Assembly (NCBI GenBank): GCA_964485795.1
Contig: CAZAJQ010000003.1
Coordinates: 876 to 32,875 of the forward strand
Direction of reading: 5' to 3'
Origin: an uncultured Gammaproteobacteria bacterium
GTDB lineage: Bacteria; Patescibacteriota; Patescibacteriia; VMEV01; CAZAJQ01
DNA: 32,000 nucleotides
The notes beneath the pieces were generated by a model, which had not been told where the DNA came from, did not search any database, and saw only the letters and a program-made list of their open reading frames with translations. The position numbers and the translations under genes are program-made. This document shows, one piece after another, positions 24,201-31,196 of the stretch. The first letter of the stretch is position 1; the number at the start of each line of letters is the position of its first letter.

Positions 24201-26391
24201 TTTCAAAACCGACGCATCGGGCGCGGCATGCGATTTCAATAAAGTCCTGGTGATGCCTTCAGACGCCACTTTGCACGTGAAGGAACAAACGCAAGACTAT
24301 ATTGCCGGAGGATTCGCGGCCAATTGCAACCTTGTTTCTCCGGGTACATGCAATGCGAGCTATGCTTGGGCGTGGTCGTCTTCGGATATGTCAAAAGCTA
24401 CGGTTCTGTCGCAGACCGATAAAGCGACGGCAACGGCAAAAGCCGAAACGTTTCCCGATCAGCCCGTCGTCATTTCCGCTACGGAAACCAATCAAAATAT
24501 CAGCGGGCAAGGAAAATTGTTCATCAATTTTACGGATCCGGAAGTGGAAGCCTTTTGGCCGAATTGTTCGCTCGCCTGCATAAATGCCGAAATCGGAGCG
24601 CGATTCAGCATCGCCATGAATCCGGAGACATTGACTTCACAAAATATCCGGCTGTATGCATGCGTCGATCAAAACTGCCTTGCAAATCTGGAGCCGATGG
24701 ATATTGAAAATATCGTGTATGACGACAATCGTCGGGCATTGAGTTTCCTGCCGTCATTGGCTGGATCGTTGCAGCCATCGCATTGGTATCGTGCAGTGAT
24801 CAACGGGGGCGTTTCCGGAGTGAAAAGCGTGAGCAACGGAAAACTTGTCGGGTTGAATTTTCCGCAAGTGAATCCGACCGGATATTCATGGATTTTCGGC
24901 ACGAAGGGCGATGCCAATCTGTGTCAGATCGCATCCGTATCCGTTAGCCCCGAGGAAAAGGACATGTATCTTATCGGGTTGCGGGAAAAATATTACACGT
25001 CGGCGTTCGGATCCCCTGACAGCTGCAACCCGCAAGGACAGCGATTGAACGCGTTTTCTTATGATTGGTCGTGGATGTCGAGCAATGAGGGAGTTGCGAC
25101 CGTTACGAGCGAAGATTTGATATTCTTGGACGGCAAGGAAGATCCTTTGCAATTGGCGCAATCGGTCGGGGTGGGCGCCACACCCGTGCAATCCGGCGGA
25201 GATGTGGTGGGTACGACGACGATCAATGCCAATACGCTCGGAAAGAGCGGACAGGGGACGCTTCGCGTTCATTGCGGATTTCAAAGTGATGCTTCCTGCC
25301 CTGCTCCGGCCACACCCGACACCTATGGCGTCGGTGCGGATACGTGTTGCTATGCTCGACCGGCCGTGACCGAAGTGATTCCCGCGGGCACCAATGTTTG
25401 CCGCAATGCGGTGATGAAGCTGCGATTCAATGGCGATATGGACTATGACAGCGTGCTCGCCAATGTGAAATTGCAGAAGAATTTCGGCGACAATGCTTGT
25501 CCGCAAGTGAGCGATGCAGGATTTTTTGAAAGACTATGGAATTACTTCAGGGGCATGTTTGGAAAAGAAACACAGGCGCAAAGTATTGAAAATTGGTGTG
25601 ACATCGGGCAAACGGTTTTGGCTAGCAAGCAGGGAAACGATTATTTTGCCGAAATATTGATCGATGAAGTCCTGGATTCCAATGCCGTGTATCGAATCCA
25701 TGTCGTGGGCGATCAAAATATTTTTGACAATGTTCAAACCGGCGTGAAAAACGGCATGGGTGTGGTGATGAGAGGCGATTTCACTTCGCTGTTCACCACC
25801 GGTGCTGAAATTTGCGACATCGAAAATGTCACGGTGCGCGTTTTGCCTCAGGACAAGGTGACGCTCGAGGATCTCTTGTCCTGCGCAAGAAACGATTGCG
25901 AGGGCGATCAAAGCGACACCATCCCGAGCAACCAGCACCGCTATATCGCCGAGGCCTATGACAAAAACAATATTCCGGTTCGATCGAGTTTTGAGTGGAG
26001 TCGTTCCGGCGCGAATGTGACGAACCTCCTGAAAACCGATGAAAGGGGCGCATGCGTGAGCGGGGAGAGCGCGAGTCAAACCGGTCAAGCCGTTTGCGTT
26101 TCCGCTTCTCCGACAAACGGCGAAGACAAGATCACGGTAAGGGCGCAATCGCTTTTCAATGCCAGTTCCATGTCTCGGACGTTGAAAACGAAAGTGTTTC
26201 TCTGCGAAAATCCATGGCCGAGTTTGCATGACTATCCGTACACCGATCCGGAGACGAATATGAGTTTCTTTTTTTGCCGAGATGCGGGTCAGCCGGGATT
26301 TGACGATGATTTGCCGGCCTTGAATTTTCCGGTCAAAAACGAAGGCATTGATCCGGGAGTATTTCGAGAATTTTTCTTTTTCGTTCAGTGA
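21256..26391 (+). CDS. Giant (1711 aa) surface protein with an N-terminal pilin-like hairpin module, a poly-Gly linker, Ig-like (Big_5-type) domains, a Cys-rich knot, four IPT/TIG domains and further Ig-like domains
   Basis: The N-terminus is paralogous to that of 19188 (IIRIALGFLGIIAVVIILYAGFLYLTSGGSEEKVSTAKNLLRNGIIGLVIVLSAFGIASFVISRL). The linker is SGTGGGGGGVGGG. The Cys-rich segment is CFDGQKNTDETDIDCGGVECGKCNGASCVQDKECKSNACINGFC. Four IPT-like repeats are present (PVITNVNPYNGAPNNLITIDGTNF...; LCRLTPDSGEVGGLIMVAGENLG...; FSDPIFGPVSQMITLYGKNFG...; ICALLPDNGPAGIAVTIAGEGFG...). An SD-like AAGGGA lies 6 nt upstream of the ATG. Confidence 0.85.
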   Translation: MSKKNTYTIFLTLALAFFAGAFAFSAGAQTDFTGLSTLGQSGLSAQDPRVTIANIIRIALGFLGIIAVVIILYAGFLYLTSGGSEEKVSTAKNLLRNGIIGLVIVLSAFGIASFVISRLSSATNTPGAASLLPSGTGGGGGGVGGGAVLSGGQFAVAGVSPVGQTSIRNLTVKVTFSRPVDTASLRDNIVISKTSDGSAVSGNFVYGQTKVEFIPGSFCPTPDETKRCFDANTEYGVEVKSGSSGVKSATGDLLSCGLAGGLCKTFFISGDEIDRSGPSVSFVAPQNGSSVAVNDMVLLQAHARDEGGVSHVEFYLDAAADESTLLGSSSPLYSTSPSEFLASISWDTNNIAAGKNHTLIAKAYDLDSNASQTSIEVNFRAAHCFDGQKNTDETDIDCGGVECGKCNGASCVQDKECKSNACINGFCSRLPVITNVNPYNGAPNNLITIDGTNFSEQVGQVTFLGEVSDTSDDVLGLAPLCGNVWSDSEIVIKVPSQARSGPIQVRTQSGLLDHTDNDIGIRVSFDINSEIRPGLCRLTPDSGEVGGLIMVAGENLGNQAQSLLIGSMKASGIGTWTENAITDAVIPSISAGKAPVFVEVNGRVSNSVSLDVSESRTVPKLEFSDPIFGPVSQMITLYGKNFGLTAGQVRFIAPDGSELIADTSFPLLCEKNFWHDDLITVKVPNTEIGKYKIVVVNGQNKISNSIDFTVNNAAKTPGICALLPDNGPAGIAVTIAGEGFGDIANLVRFFPNLENGTITQWTDTEINVQTPPNVGSGPVKVISKNGTLSNGVTFKVGKCSTASCQEGYQCCGSGACQIAGSCAITEAACRYTWGVSTGNLSLLDESKFLRVLEDASCTVVPQSPSPYKDSENACINADIVVRMNKNLLDQSLDSGNVRLQKCGAAAIFDASDCDETPLVCAMEIINHDTSEEGFRLRAIAPLEANTWYQVVLKKSSVINGVNQLDGFVSDEGYSFKNDYVWHFKTDASGAACDFNKVLVMPSDATLHVKEQTQDYIAGGFAANCNLVSPGTCNASYAWAWSSSDMSKATVLSQTDKATATAKAETFPDQPVVISATETNQNISGQGKLFINFTDPEVEAFWPNCSLACINAEIGARFSIAMNPETLTSQNIRLYACVDQNCLANLEPMDIENIVYDDNRRALSFLPSLAGSLQPSHWYRAVINGGVSGVKSVSNGKLVGLNFPQVNPTGYSWIFGTKGDANLCQIASVSVSPEEKDMYLIGLREKYYTSAFGSPDSCNPQGQRLNAFSYDWSWMSSNEGVATVTSEDLIFLDGKEDPLQLAQSVGVGATPVQSGGDVVGTTTINANTLGKSGQGTLRVHCGFQSDASCPAPATPDTYGVGADTCCYARPAVTEVIPAGTNVCRNAVMKLRFNGDMDYDSVLANVKLQKNFGDNACPQVSDAGFFERLWNYFRGMFGKETQAQSIENWCDIGQTVLASKQGNDYFAEILIDEVLDSNAVYRIHVVGDQNIFDNVQTGVKNGMGVVMRGDFTSLFTTGAEICDIENVTVRVLPQDKVTLEDLLSCARNDCEGDQSDTIPSNQHRYIAEAYDKNNIPVRSSFEWSRSGANVTNLLKTDERGACVSGESASQTGQAVCVSASPTNGEDKITVRAQSLFNASSMSRTLKTKVFLCENPWPSLHDYPYTDPETNMSFFFCRDAGQPGFDDDLPALNFPVKNEGIDPGVFREFFFFVQ

Positions 26392-26428
26392 AATAGCATT
26401 GTGAAAGTATTGTAAAAAAATCACAAAC

Positions 26429-28933
26429 GTGAGTATGATGCGCGGAATACAAAAATATAGTGCGATTCAAAATTTTTTTTTGCGTTCCCTGATGATGGGT
26501 TGCATGCTTTTCATGGGCTGCATTTTCGCGACTCGAGTTTTTGCGGCGGACGTGATCGGCATACGAGTGATGGACAATCCGGATCGGCTTTCGCCGTTTT
26601 CTTGGTACAATCGTTTCGTTCCCAATCCCGGGGAGCCCGAAGTGCTGTCCGTTGACGGATATCTGGCCTTACGATCCGGAAGAAGCGTGTATGTGTTTGG
26701 CTCGAATCTGGAAAACAATGAACTCAAAGCTCGTGTGTATATCGTCTCTTTTTCGCAAAACGCGAGCGCAAATACCACGAAGATTTTGGATCAGATATTG
26801 CCGCAATTTCAGCTCAATACGAATGTGACGGATGATATTCAAAAAATACAGATACGCATGGATGTGAAAAGAGCCGGAGATGTGAATGATGTGAAGACGT
26901 TGCTTGAGCGCTACAAAAACATCAACGGTACCTATCCGGCTCTTGCCACCGGGAGCTATATAGACGGTCTTACCTTCAGCGCATGGCCCTCATGGCAGTC
27001 CGCTTTGGGAAATGTTTTGCAATCCGCGGTGCCGCAGGATCCGGTGAATAGCTTCGGACAATGTCCGGGGAATTTTGATCAAAACACCTGCTGGAATGAA
27101 AATCAGCAGCAATTCCAATGTCCGGCCGGATCGCATGTTTATGCCTATCAGGTCAGCGAAAACGGGTCTTCATATCGCGTATTGACGAATTTTGACAATT
27201 CATACTGGAAAACCGGTGAATTTGACGCCTTGCTGGCGGATAAATGTTTCAATTTTTCCACGGAATTCGCCAATGATCGAGATGGCGACGGCGTGATTGA
27301 TAATCGCGACAATTGCCCGGATCATGCGAATCCGGATCAAAGCGACCGCGATGGCGACGGACGCGGCGACGTCTGTGAAATATGCTCCGATGACCCGACC
27401 AATGATCGCGACCGCGACGGCATTTGCGGCAATATCGATAATTGTCCCCTCGTGTACAATCCTTTCCAAGAAGATGAAGATCAGAAATCGGGAATCTCAA
27501 TACTGGGTGATGGTGTCGGTGACGCTTGCGATGTGCAGATATGCGGCAATGGAATCAAGGAAGGATATGAAGCGTGCGACGGAGAAAAGGGGATCGGGCC
27601 GCATGAACGATGCGCTTATGGCTGTGTCATCACGCCCTTGACCTATTGCGGCGACGGTTCGGTGCAAAGTCCCAATACCGAAAATAATTTTTCCGAACAA
27701 TGCGATACCTTTGGCGGGAACGGTACGGGTGGAACGCAATATTCCTGTTCATCGCAATGCACATGGACGGGAGGATTCTGCGGAGACGGATTCCGCAATG
27801 GCCCGGAATTCTGCGACGGCGGAGACACACCGCAAAACAGCAGCTGTTTGAACGATTGCAGCGGCTGGGTATGCCGACAGGGGTATTTCCCCTATGAGCG
27901 GGGTTGCTCTCCGGATGGAGATGGAGACAGCGTCCCCGATGCGGTGGATAATTGCACGGATGTCAGCAATGCCGATCAGGTCAATTCCGACCAAGATCAG
28001 TACGGCGATGCTTGTGATTGGTGTCCTTTGGATGCCAGAAACGACGAAGATCTCGATGGCTACTGCGTCGGAAGCCATAATCCGACGTTTTCGGCCTTTC
28101 GTCGTGGCAATGACAATTGTCCGCTCGTTCCAAATCCCGATCAAAGGGATATTGATGCGGATGGGATCGGCGATGCATGCGATCCGGCCACGTGTCGCAA
28201 CGGCATCAAAGAAGGCAATGAAGTCTGCGATATCGGAAAAGGAACCGGGCCCAATGATCGTTGGGGATGTAAATCCGATTGCAGCGGCTGGACCGACGGG
28301 ATCGGGTACTGCGGTGACGGGACTGTTGACGTCGGTTACGAAGGGTGTGAAGCCAATGGAAGCGGAAACGGGCCAAACAATCAATACCTTTGCAAGAGTT
28401 GTCAGTGGGAAGGAGGATACTGCGGCGATTTGATTGTAGATCCGAAAAACGGAGAGCAATGCGAGCAACCGGGAACCGGAAAAAGCGTTACGGATCAGCA
28501 TTTCTGCATCGGCTGTCGTTGGCAGGGCGGATATTGCGGAGACGGTGTTATCAATGGCTCCGAACAATGCGACGCCGGAACGCAAAACGGCATACGTTGC
28601 ACTCCCAATGGCGAGCAAGAATGCAGCTTCTGCGGAATTTCATGCAAACGTGCGATCATGACACCGATCTATGTGCTCAAAGTCGGAAACGCCGGAGACC
28701 CGTGGCGCGGAGGCAAACCGGAATTGTGCGACCTGTATAACGGCGGATCCATCGGCACCGAAAAACCCGTCGGTTCGGTGGAAACGCAGCACACCAACGG
28801 TGAAATTCAATATTATTTCAATCCGCAAGGATGTTTTGCGGACAAATCATGGACCTGCGCCGCCTACTTTGACGGCTGCTCAAGCTACAACACCCTCTTC
28901 TGGGAATTCACCGGCCAATATTTGCAGCAATAG
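26429..28933 (+). CDS. Secreted, very Cys-rich 834-aa protein with eukaryote-like TSP3 repeats and CGDG-type (Myxococcus-style) cysteine-rich repeats, arranged as a duplicated supermodule
   Basis: The signal peptide ends FATRVFA-AD. TSP3 motifs are DNCPDHANPDQSDRDGDGRGDVCE, DNCPLVYNPFQ, DNCTDVSNADQVNSDQDQYGDACD and DNCPLVPNPDQRDIDADGIGDACD. Cys repeats are CGNGIKEGYEACDGEKG, YCGDGSVQ..EQCD, FCGDGFRNGPEFCDGGD, CRNGIKEGNEVCDIGKG, YCGDGTVDVGYEGCE, YCGDLIVDPKNGEQCE and YCGDGVINGSEQCDAG. The start is uncertain (GTG 26429, ATG 26435 or ATG 26438). Confidence 0.85.
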   Translation: MSMMRGIQKYSAIQNFFLRSLMMGCMLFMGCIFATRVFAADVIGIRVMDNPDRLSPFSWYNRFVPNPGEPEVLSVDGYLALRSGRSVYVFGSNLENNELKARVYIVSFSQNASANTTKILDQILPQFQLNTNVTDDIQKIQIRMDVKRAGDVNDVKTLLERYKNINGTYPALATGSYIDGLTFSAWPSWQSALGNVLQSAVPQDPVNSFGQCPGNFDQNTCWNENQQQFQCPAGSHVYAYQVSENGSSYRVLTNFDNSYWKTGEFDALLADKCFNFSTEFANDRDGDGVIDNRDNCPDHANPDQSDRDGDGRGDVCEICSDDPTNDRDRDGICGNIDNCPLVYNPFQEDEDQKSGISILGDGVGDACDVQICGNGIKEGYEACDGEKGIGPHERCAYGCVITPLTYCGDGSVQSPNTENNFSEQCDTFGGNGTGGTQYSCSSQCTWTGGFCGDGFRNGPEFCDGGDTPQNSSCLNDCSGWVCRQGYFPYERGCSPDGDGDSVPDAVDNCTDVSNADQVNSDQDQYGDACDWCPLDARNDEDLDGYCVGSHNPTFSAFRRGNDNCPLVPNPDQRDIDADGIGDACDPATCRNGIKEGNEVCDIGKGTGPNDRWGCKSDCSGWTDGIGYCGDGTVDVGYEGCEANGSGNGPNNQYLCKSCQWEGGYCGDLIVDPKNGEQCEQPGTGKSVTDQHFCIGCRWQGGYCGDGVINGSEQCDAGTQNGIRCTPNGEQECSFCGISCKRAIMTPIYVLKVGNAGDPWRGGKPELCDLYNGGSIGTEKPVGSVETQHTNGEIQYYFNPQGCFADKSWTCAAYFDGCSSYNTLFWEFTGQYLQQ

Positions 28934-28950
28934 TTTTACCCCCAATCACC

Positions 28951-28999
28951 GAGTACTGAGAACTGAGTACTGACTTCCGAGTTCTCAGTACTGATTCTT
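28951..28999. repeat. Seven tandem heptamers (GAGTACT GAGAACT GAGTACT GACTTCC GAGTTCT CAGTACT GATTCTT) forming a 13-bp perfect hairpin; second copy of the heptamer element
   Basis: AGTACTGAGAACT (28952-28964) is the exact reverse complement of AGTTCTCAGTACT (28980-28992). The element starts 18 nt after the stop of the 834-aa gene. It shares the 16-mer CTGAGAACTGAGTACT with the element at 10696-10737. It probably acts as a terminator or attenuator, although no T tract follows. Confidence 0.7.
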
Positions 29000-29054
29000 C
29001 TCCCTCTCATGATATACTGCAAAAAGCATGCATCGGTAAAAAAACAAAAAAAAT

Positions 29055-29630
29055 ATGTTCGATGACCAACAAAAAGAATCCGTCGAGGTTTCCGGAACGC
29101 CTTCCGATAACCGTGGCATGGGTCAGCCCGTTTCAAAGACAGACATCGCGGATATTTTCGCGGATACCGAAAGCGATGTTTTGACTTCAAAGGCTGGCGG
29201 GAAGGAAAATGAATATCGCCTTTCCGCTCCCAAGGATCGCTCATGGATCCTGAGAGCGTTTTTGTTTTTCGTGGTGCTGGGAATTCTCGGAACCGGGGCG
29301 TATTTCGCTTGGAAATGGTGGAAAAGTCTTTCGATACCGACGACACCGTCACAAGTTCAGAATTCAAATGCTCCCACGCAAAGTGCGCCTTTTTTGGACG
29401 CGGATTTGGATGGTCTCTCTGACGATGAAGAGGCGCGTCTTGGGACGAATTCTAAAATGGTTGATACGGATTCGGATGGACTCAGCGATTATGAAGAGGT
29501 CAAGGTTTGGAAAACCGATCCGCTCGATGCGGATACCGACGGAGACACATTTCTTGATGGTCAAGAGGTGAAAAACGGATATGATCCCAAAGGACCGGGT
29601 AAAATCACGGATGTAAAAAAAGTTTTGTAA
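29055..29630 (+). CDS. Single-pass membrane-anchored protein with an extracellular TSP3 repeat block (191 aa)
   Basis: An N-terminal cytoplasmic segment is followed by a TM helix (ILRAFLFFVVLGILGTGAYFAWKWW) and then DADLDGLSDDEE, DTDSDGLSDYEE, DADTDGDTFLDGQE and the closing motif VKNGYDPKGPGKI. The same closing motif occurs in ORF 65-2158 (IKNGYDPLGKGKL). Confidence 0.75.
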   Translation: MFDDQQKESVEVSGTPSDNRGMGQPVSKTDIADIFADTESDVLTSKAGGKENEYRLSAPKDRSWILRAFLFFVVLGILGTGAYFAWKWWKSLSIPTTPSQVQNSNAPTQSAPFLDADLDGLSDDEEARLGTNSKMVDTDSDGLSDYEEVKVWKTDPLDADTDGDTFLDGQEVKNGYDPKGPGKITDVKKVL

Positions 29631-29654
29631 AATATCATCATTGATTCATGCACT

Positions 29655-30629
29655 ATGGAGGACATCATCACTCCCGTCGGAGAAAAAAAAAGCGATGCGC
29701 CCATTCATGGGATGCCCTATGAATTTCAAAAAGAAGCCCCGTCTTCAGGCGGTGGAAATGCTTTCCTCGTGCTTGGTGCGGTTTCCATGGTGGTGGCCAT
29801 TGGGGTGGTGATTGTCATGATCATGACGAATCGATCAGTGGCACCGACGATACCGGATTCAAAGCTTGCCATTCTCGGTGAGCAGAAAACCGCCACATTG
29901 ACACCTCAAACGGCGGTGCCAAATGCCAATGCTTTGAATATCAATCGTCCGGCGGAGAATATCAATGTCAAAGAACCCGAAAATATCAATGTTCCGACCA
30001 CGCCTCCGGTGGCGCCTCCGCTTTTCGGAAGCATTATCGCCAAGGGCAGGGACACAGACAAGGACATGCTCTCGGATGTTGAGGAAGTTTTGTATCGGAC
30101 GTTGAGCAATATTCCCGATTCGGACGGAGACGGGCATACCGATGGCGTGGAGCTCATGAATCTGTATAATCCGGCAGGTCAAGCTCCGGCTGATCTCGCG
30201 ACGTCGGGGTTGGTTCGTGTTTTTGATCAGGTGGGATACGCATACTCATTTTTGTACCCCATCGCATGGGAGCTTGAGCGGGAAGAAGAAAAACAGATCG
30301 TTCGAATGGTGTCATTGACCGGCGAATTTTTTCAAATCGCGGCCTATGAAAATCCAGATAATCTTCCCATCTTGGAGTGGTATTTGAAACAATCTCCCGG
30401 AGTGAAACCCGAGCAGGTGGAAAACGTTACCACCAAAAACGGGTACAAGGGCATCCGCAGCATTGACGGTTTGACGCTTTTCATCGTCAAACCGCTCAAA
30501 GAAGAAATAGCCGCACCTTCGGAAAAAAGAATCATTTACGCCATCACCTACAATCCGGTTGCCGCCACATCGCTTGAGTATTCATCAACCTTCCAGATGT
30601 TTTTGAACAGTTTCGAGATTGTGGAGTGA
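29655..30629 (+). CDS. Single-pass membrane-anchored protein with a short TSP3 block and an uncharacterised ~150-aa C-terminal globular domain (324 aa)
   Basis: The TM helix is AFLVLGAVSMVVAIGVVIVMIM. A Pro/Asn-rich spacer follows, then DTDKDMLSDVEE and DSDGDGHTDGVE. The C-terminal domain begins VRVFDQVGYAYSFLYPIAWELE, a pattern I recall as common in CPR exported proteins of unknown function. Confidence 0.75.
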   Translation: MEDIITPVGEKKSDAPIHGMPYEFQKEAPSSGGGNAFLVLGAVSMVVAIGVVIVMIMTNRSVAPTIPDSKLAILGEQKTATLTPQTAVPNANALNINRPAENINVKEPENINVPTTPPVAPPLFGSIIAKGRDTDKDMLSDVEEVLYRTLSNIPDSDGDGHTDGVELMNLYNPAGQAPADLATSGLVRVFDQVGYAYSFLYPIAWELEREEEKQIVRMVSLTGEFFQIAAYENPDNLPILEWYLKQSPGVKPEQVENVTTKNGYKGIRSIDGLTLFIVKPLKEEIAAPSEKRIIYAITYNPVAATSLEYSSTFQMFLNSFEIVE

Positions 30630-30648
30630 TACTAAGATATATCCGCGT

Positions 30649-31119
30649 ATGTTCGTTCTTGAGTATCGGCAAACATCGGGGAAGCAAAGAATACCGCTTC
30701 ATTTTTTTGAAACGACGATTCGACGAATCGCGAAACGCATGCACATCTCTCGCCCGTATGAAGTATCGGTCGCCTTGGTGGGAGATGCCAAGATGAAGCG
30801 TCTCAATCGAGAATATCGAGGGAGAAACAAAACGACGGATGTGCTCTCGTTTGAAGAAAAAGAGCCTTTTTTTTCTGCGGATTCCCGATCTTTTTTTTTG
30901 GGAGAGGTATATATTTCATATCCGGTTGCAAAAAAGCAGGCCAAGAGACACGGTCGTGAATTGAAAAAAGAGCTGGAGACGCTTTTTATCCACGGCATGC
31001 TTCATCTCCTTGGATTTGATCATCGTAATGAACGTGAAAAACGCATGATGATGAGCAAGGAAAAAGCTTTGAGTACGGACGGGGTTTCCGCTTTGGAAAC
31101 GCATGAAAAAAGGTCATGA
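30649..31119 (+). CDS. ybeY: Endoribonuclease YbeY (rRNA maturation factor)
   Basis: The zinc motif HGMLHLLGFDH is present, along with the upstream DVLSFE and GEVYIS segments typical of YbeY. Start taken at ATG 30649; the track's TTG at 30619 would overlap the preceding gene. Confidence 0.9.
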   Translation: MFVLEYRQTSGKQRIPLHFFETTIRRIAKRMHISRPYEVSVALVGDAKMKRLNREYRGRNKTTDVLSFEEKEPFFSADSRSFFLGEVYISYPVAKKQAKRHGRELKKELETLFIHGMLHLLGFDHRNEREKRMMMSKEKALSTDGVSALETHEKRS

Positions 31120-31146
31120 ACGGTACTTTTTTAAAAAGAAAAAGTG

Positions 31147-31175
31147 TTGAGTTTTTTAGTGTTCAAAAGTATAAT
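31147..31175 (+). promoter_or_regulatory. Sigma70-like promoter TTGAGT-17 nt-TATAAT upstream of ftsA
   Basis: TTGAGT lies at 31147-31152 and the consensus TATAAT at 31170-31175, with a 17-nt spacer. The element ends ~20 nt upstream of the ftsA ATG. Confidence 0.5.
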
Positions 31176-31196
31176 GAGAGTATTCAAAAAACGCAC

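Noticed and set aside
26429-28933. Diversity-generating retroelement (DGR) targeting of the surface proteins. DGRs are common in CPR genomes.
   Set aside because: The window has no reverse transcriptase gene. I could see no template/variable repeat pair with adenine-specific mismatches. The C-termini do not show the C-type-lectin VR ending pattern I would expect.
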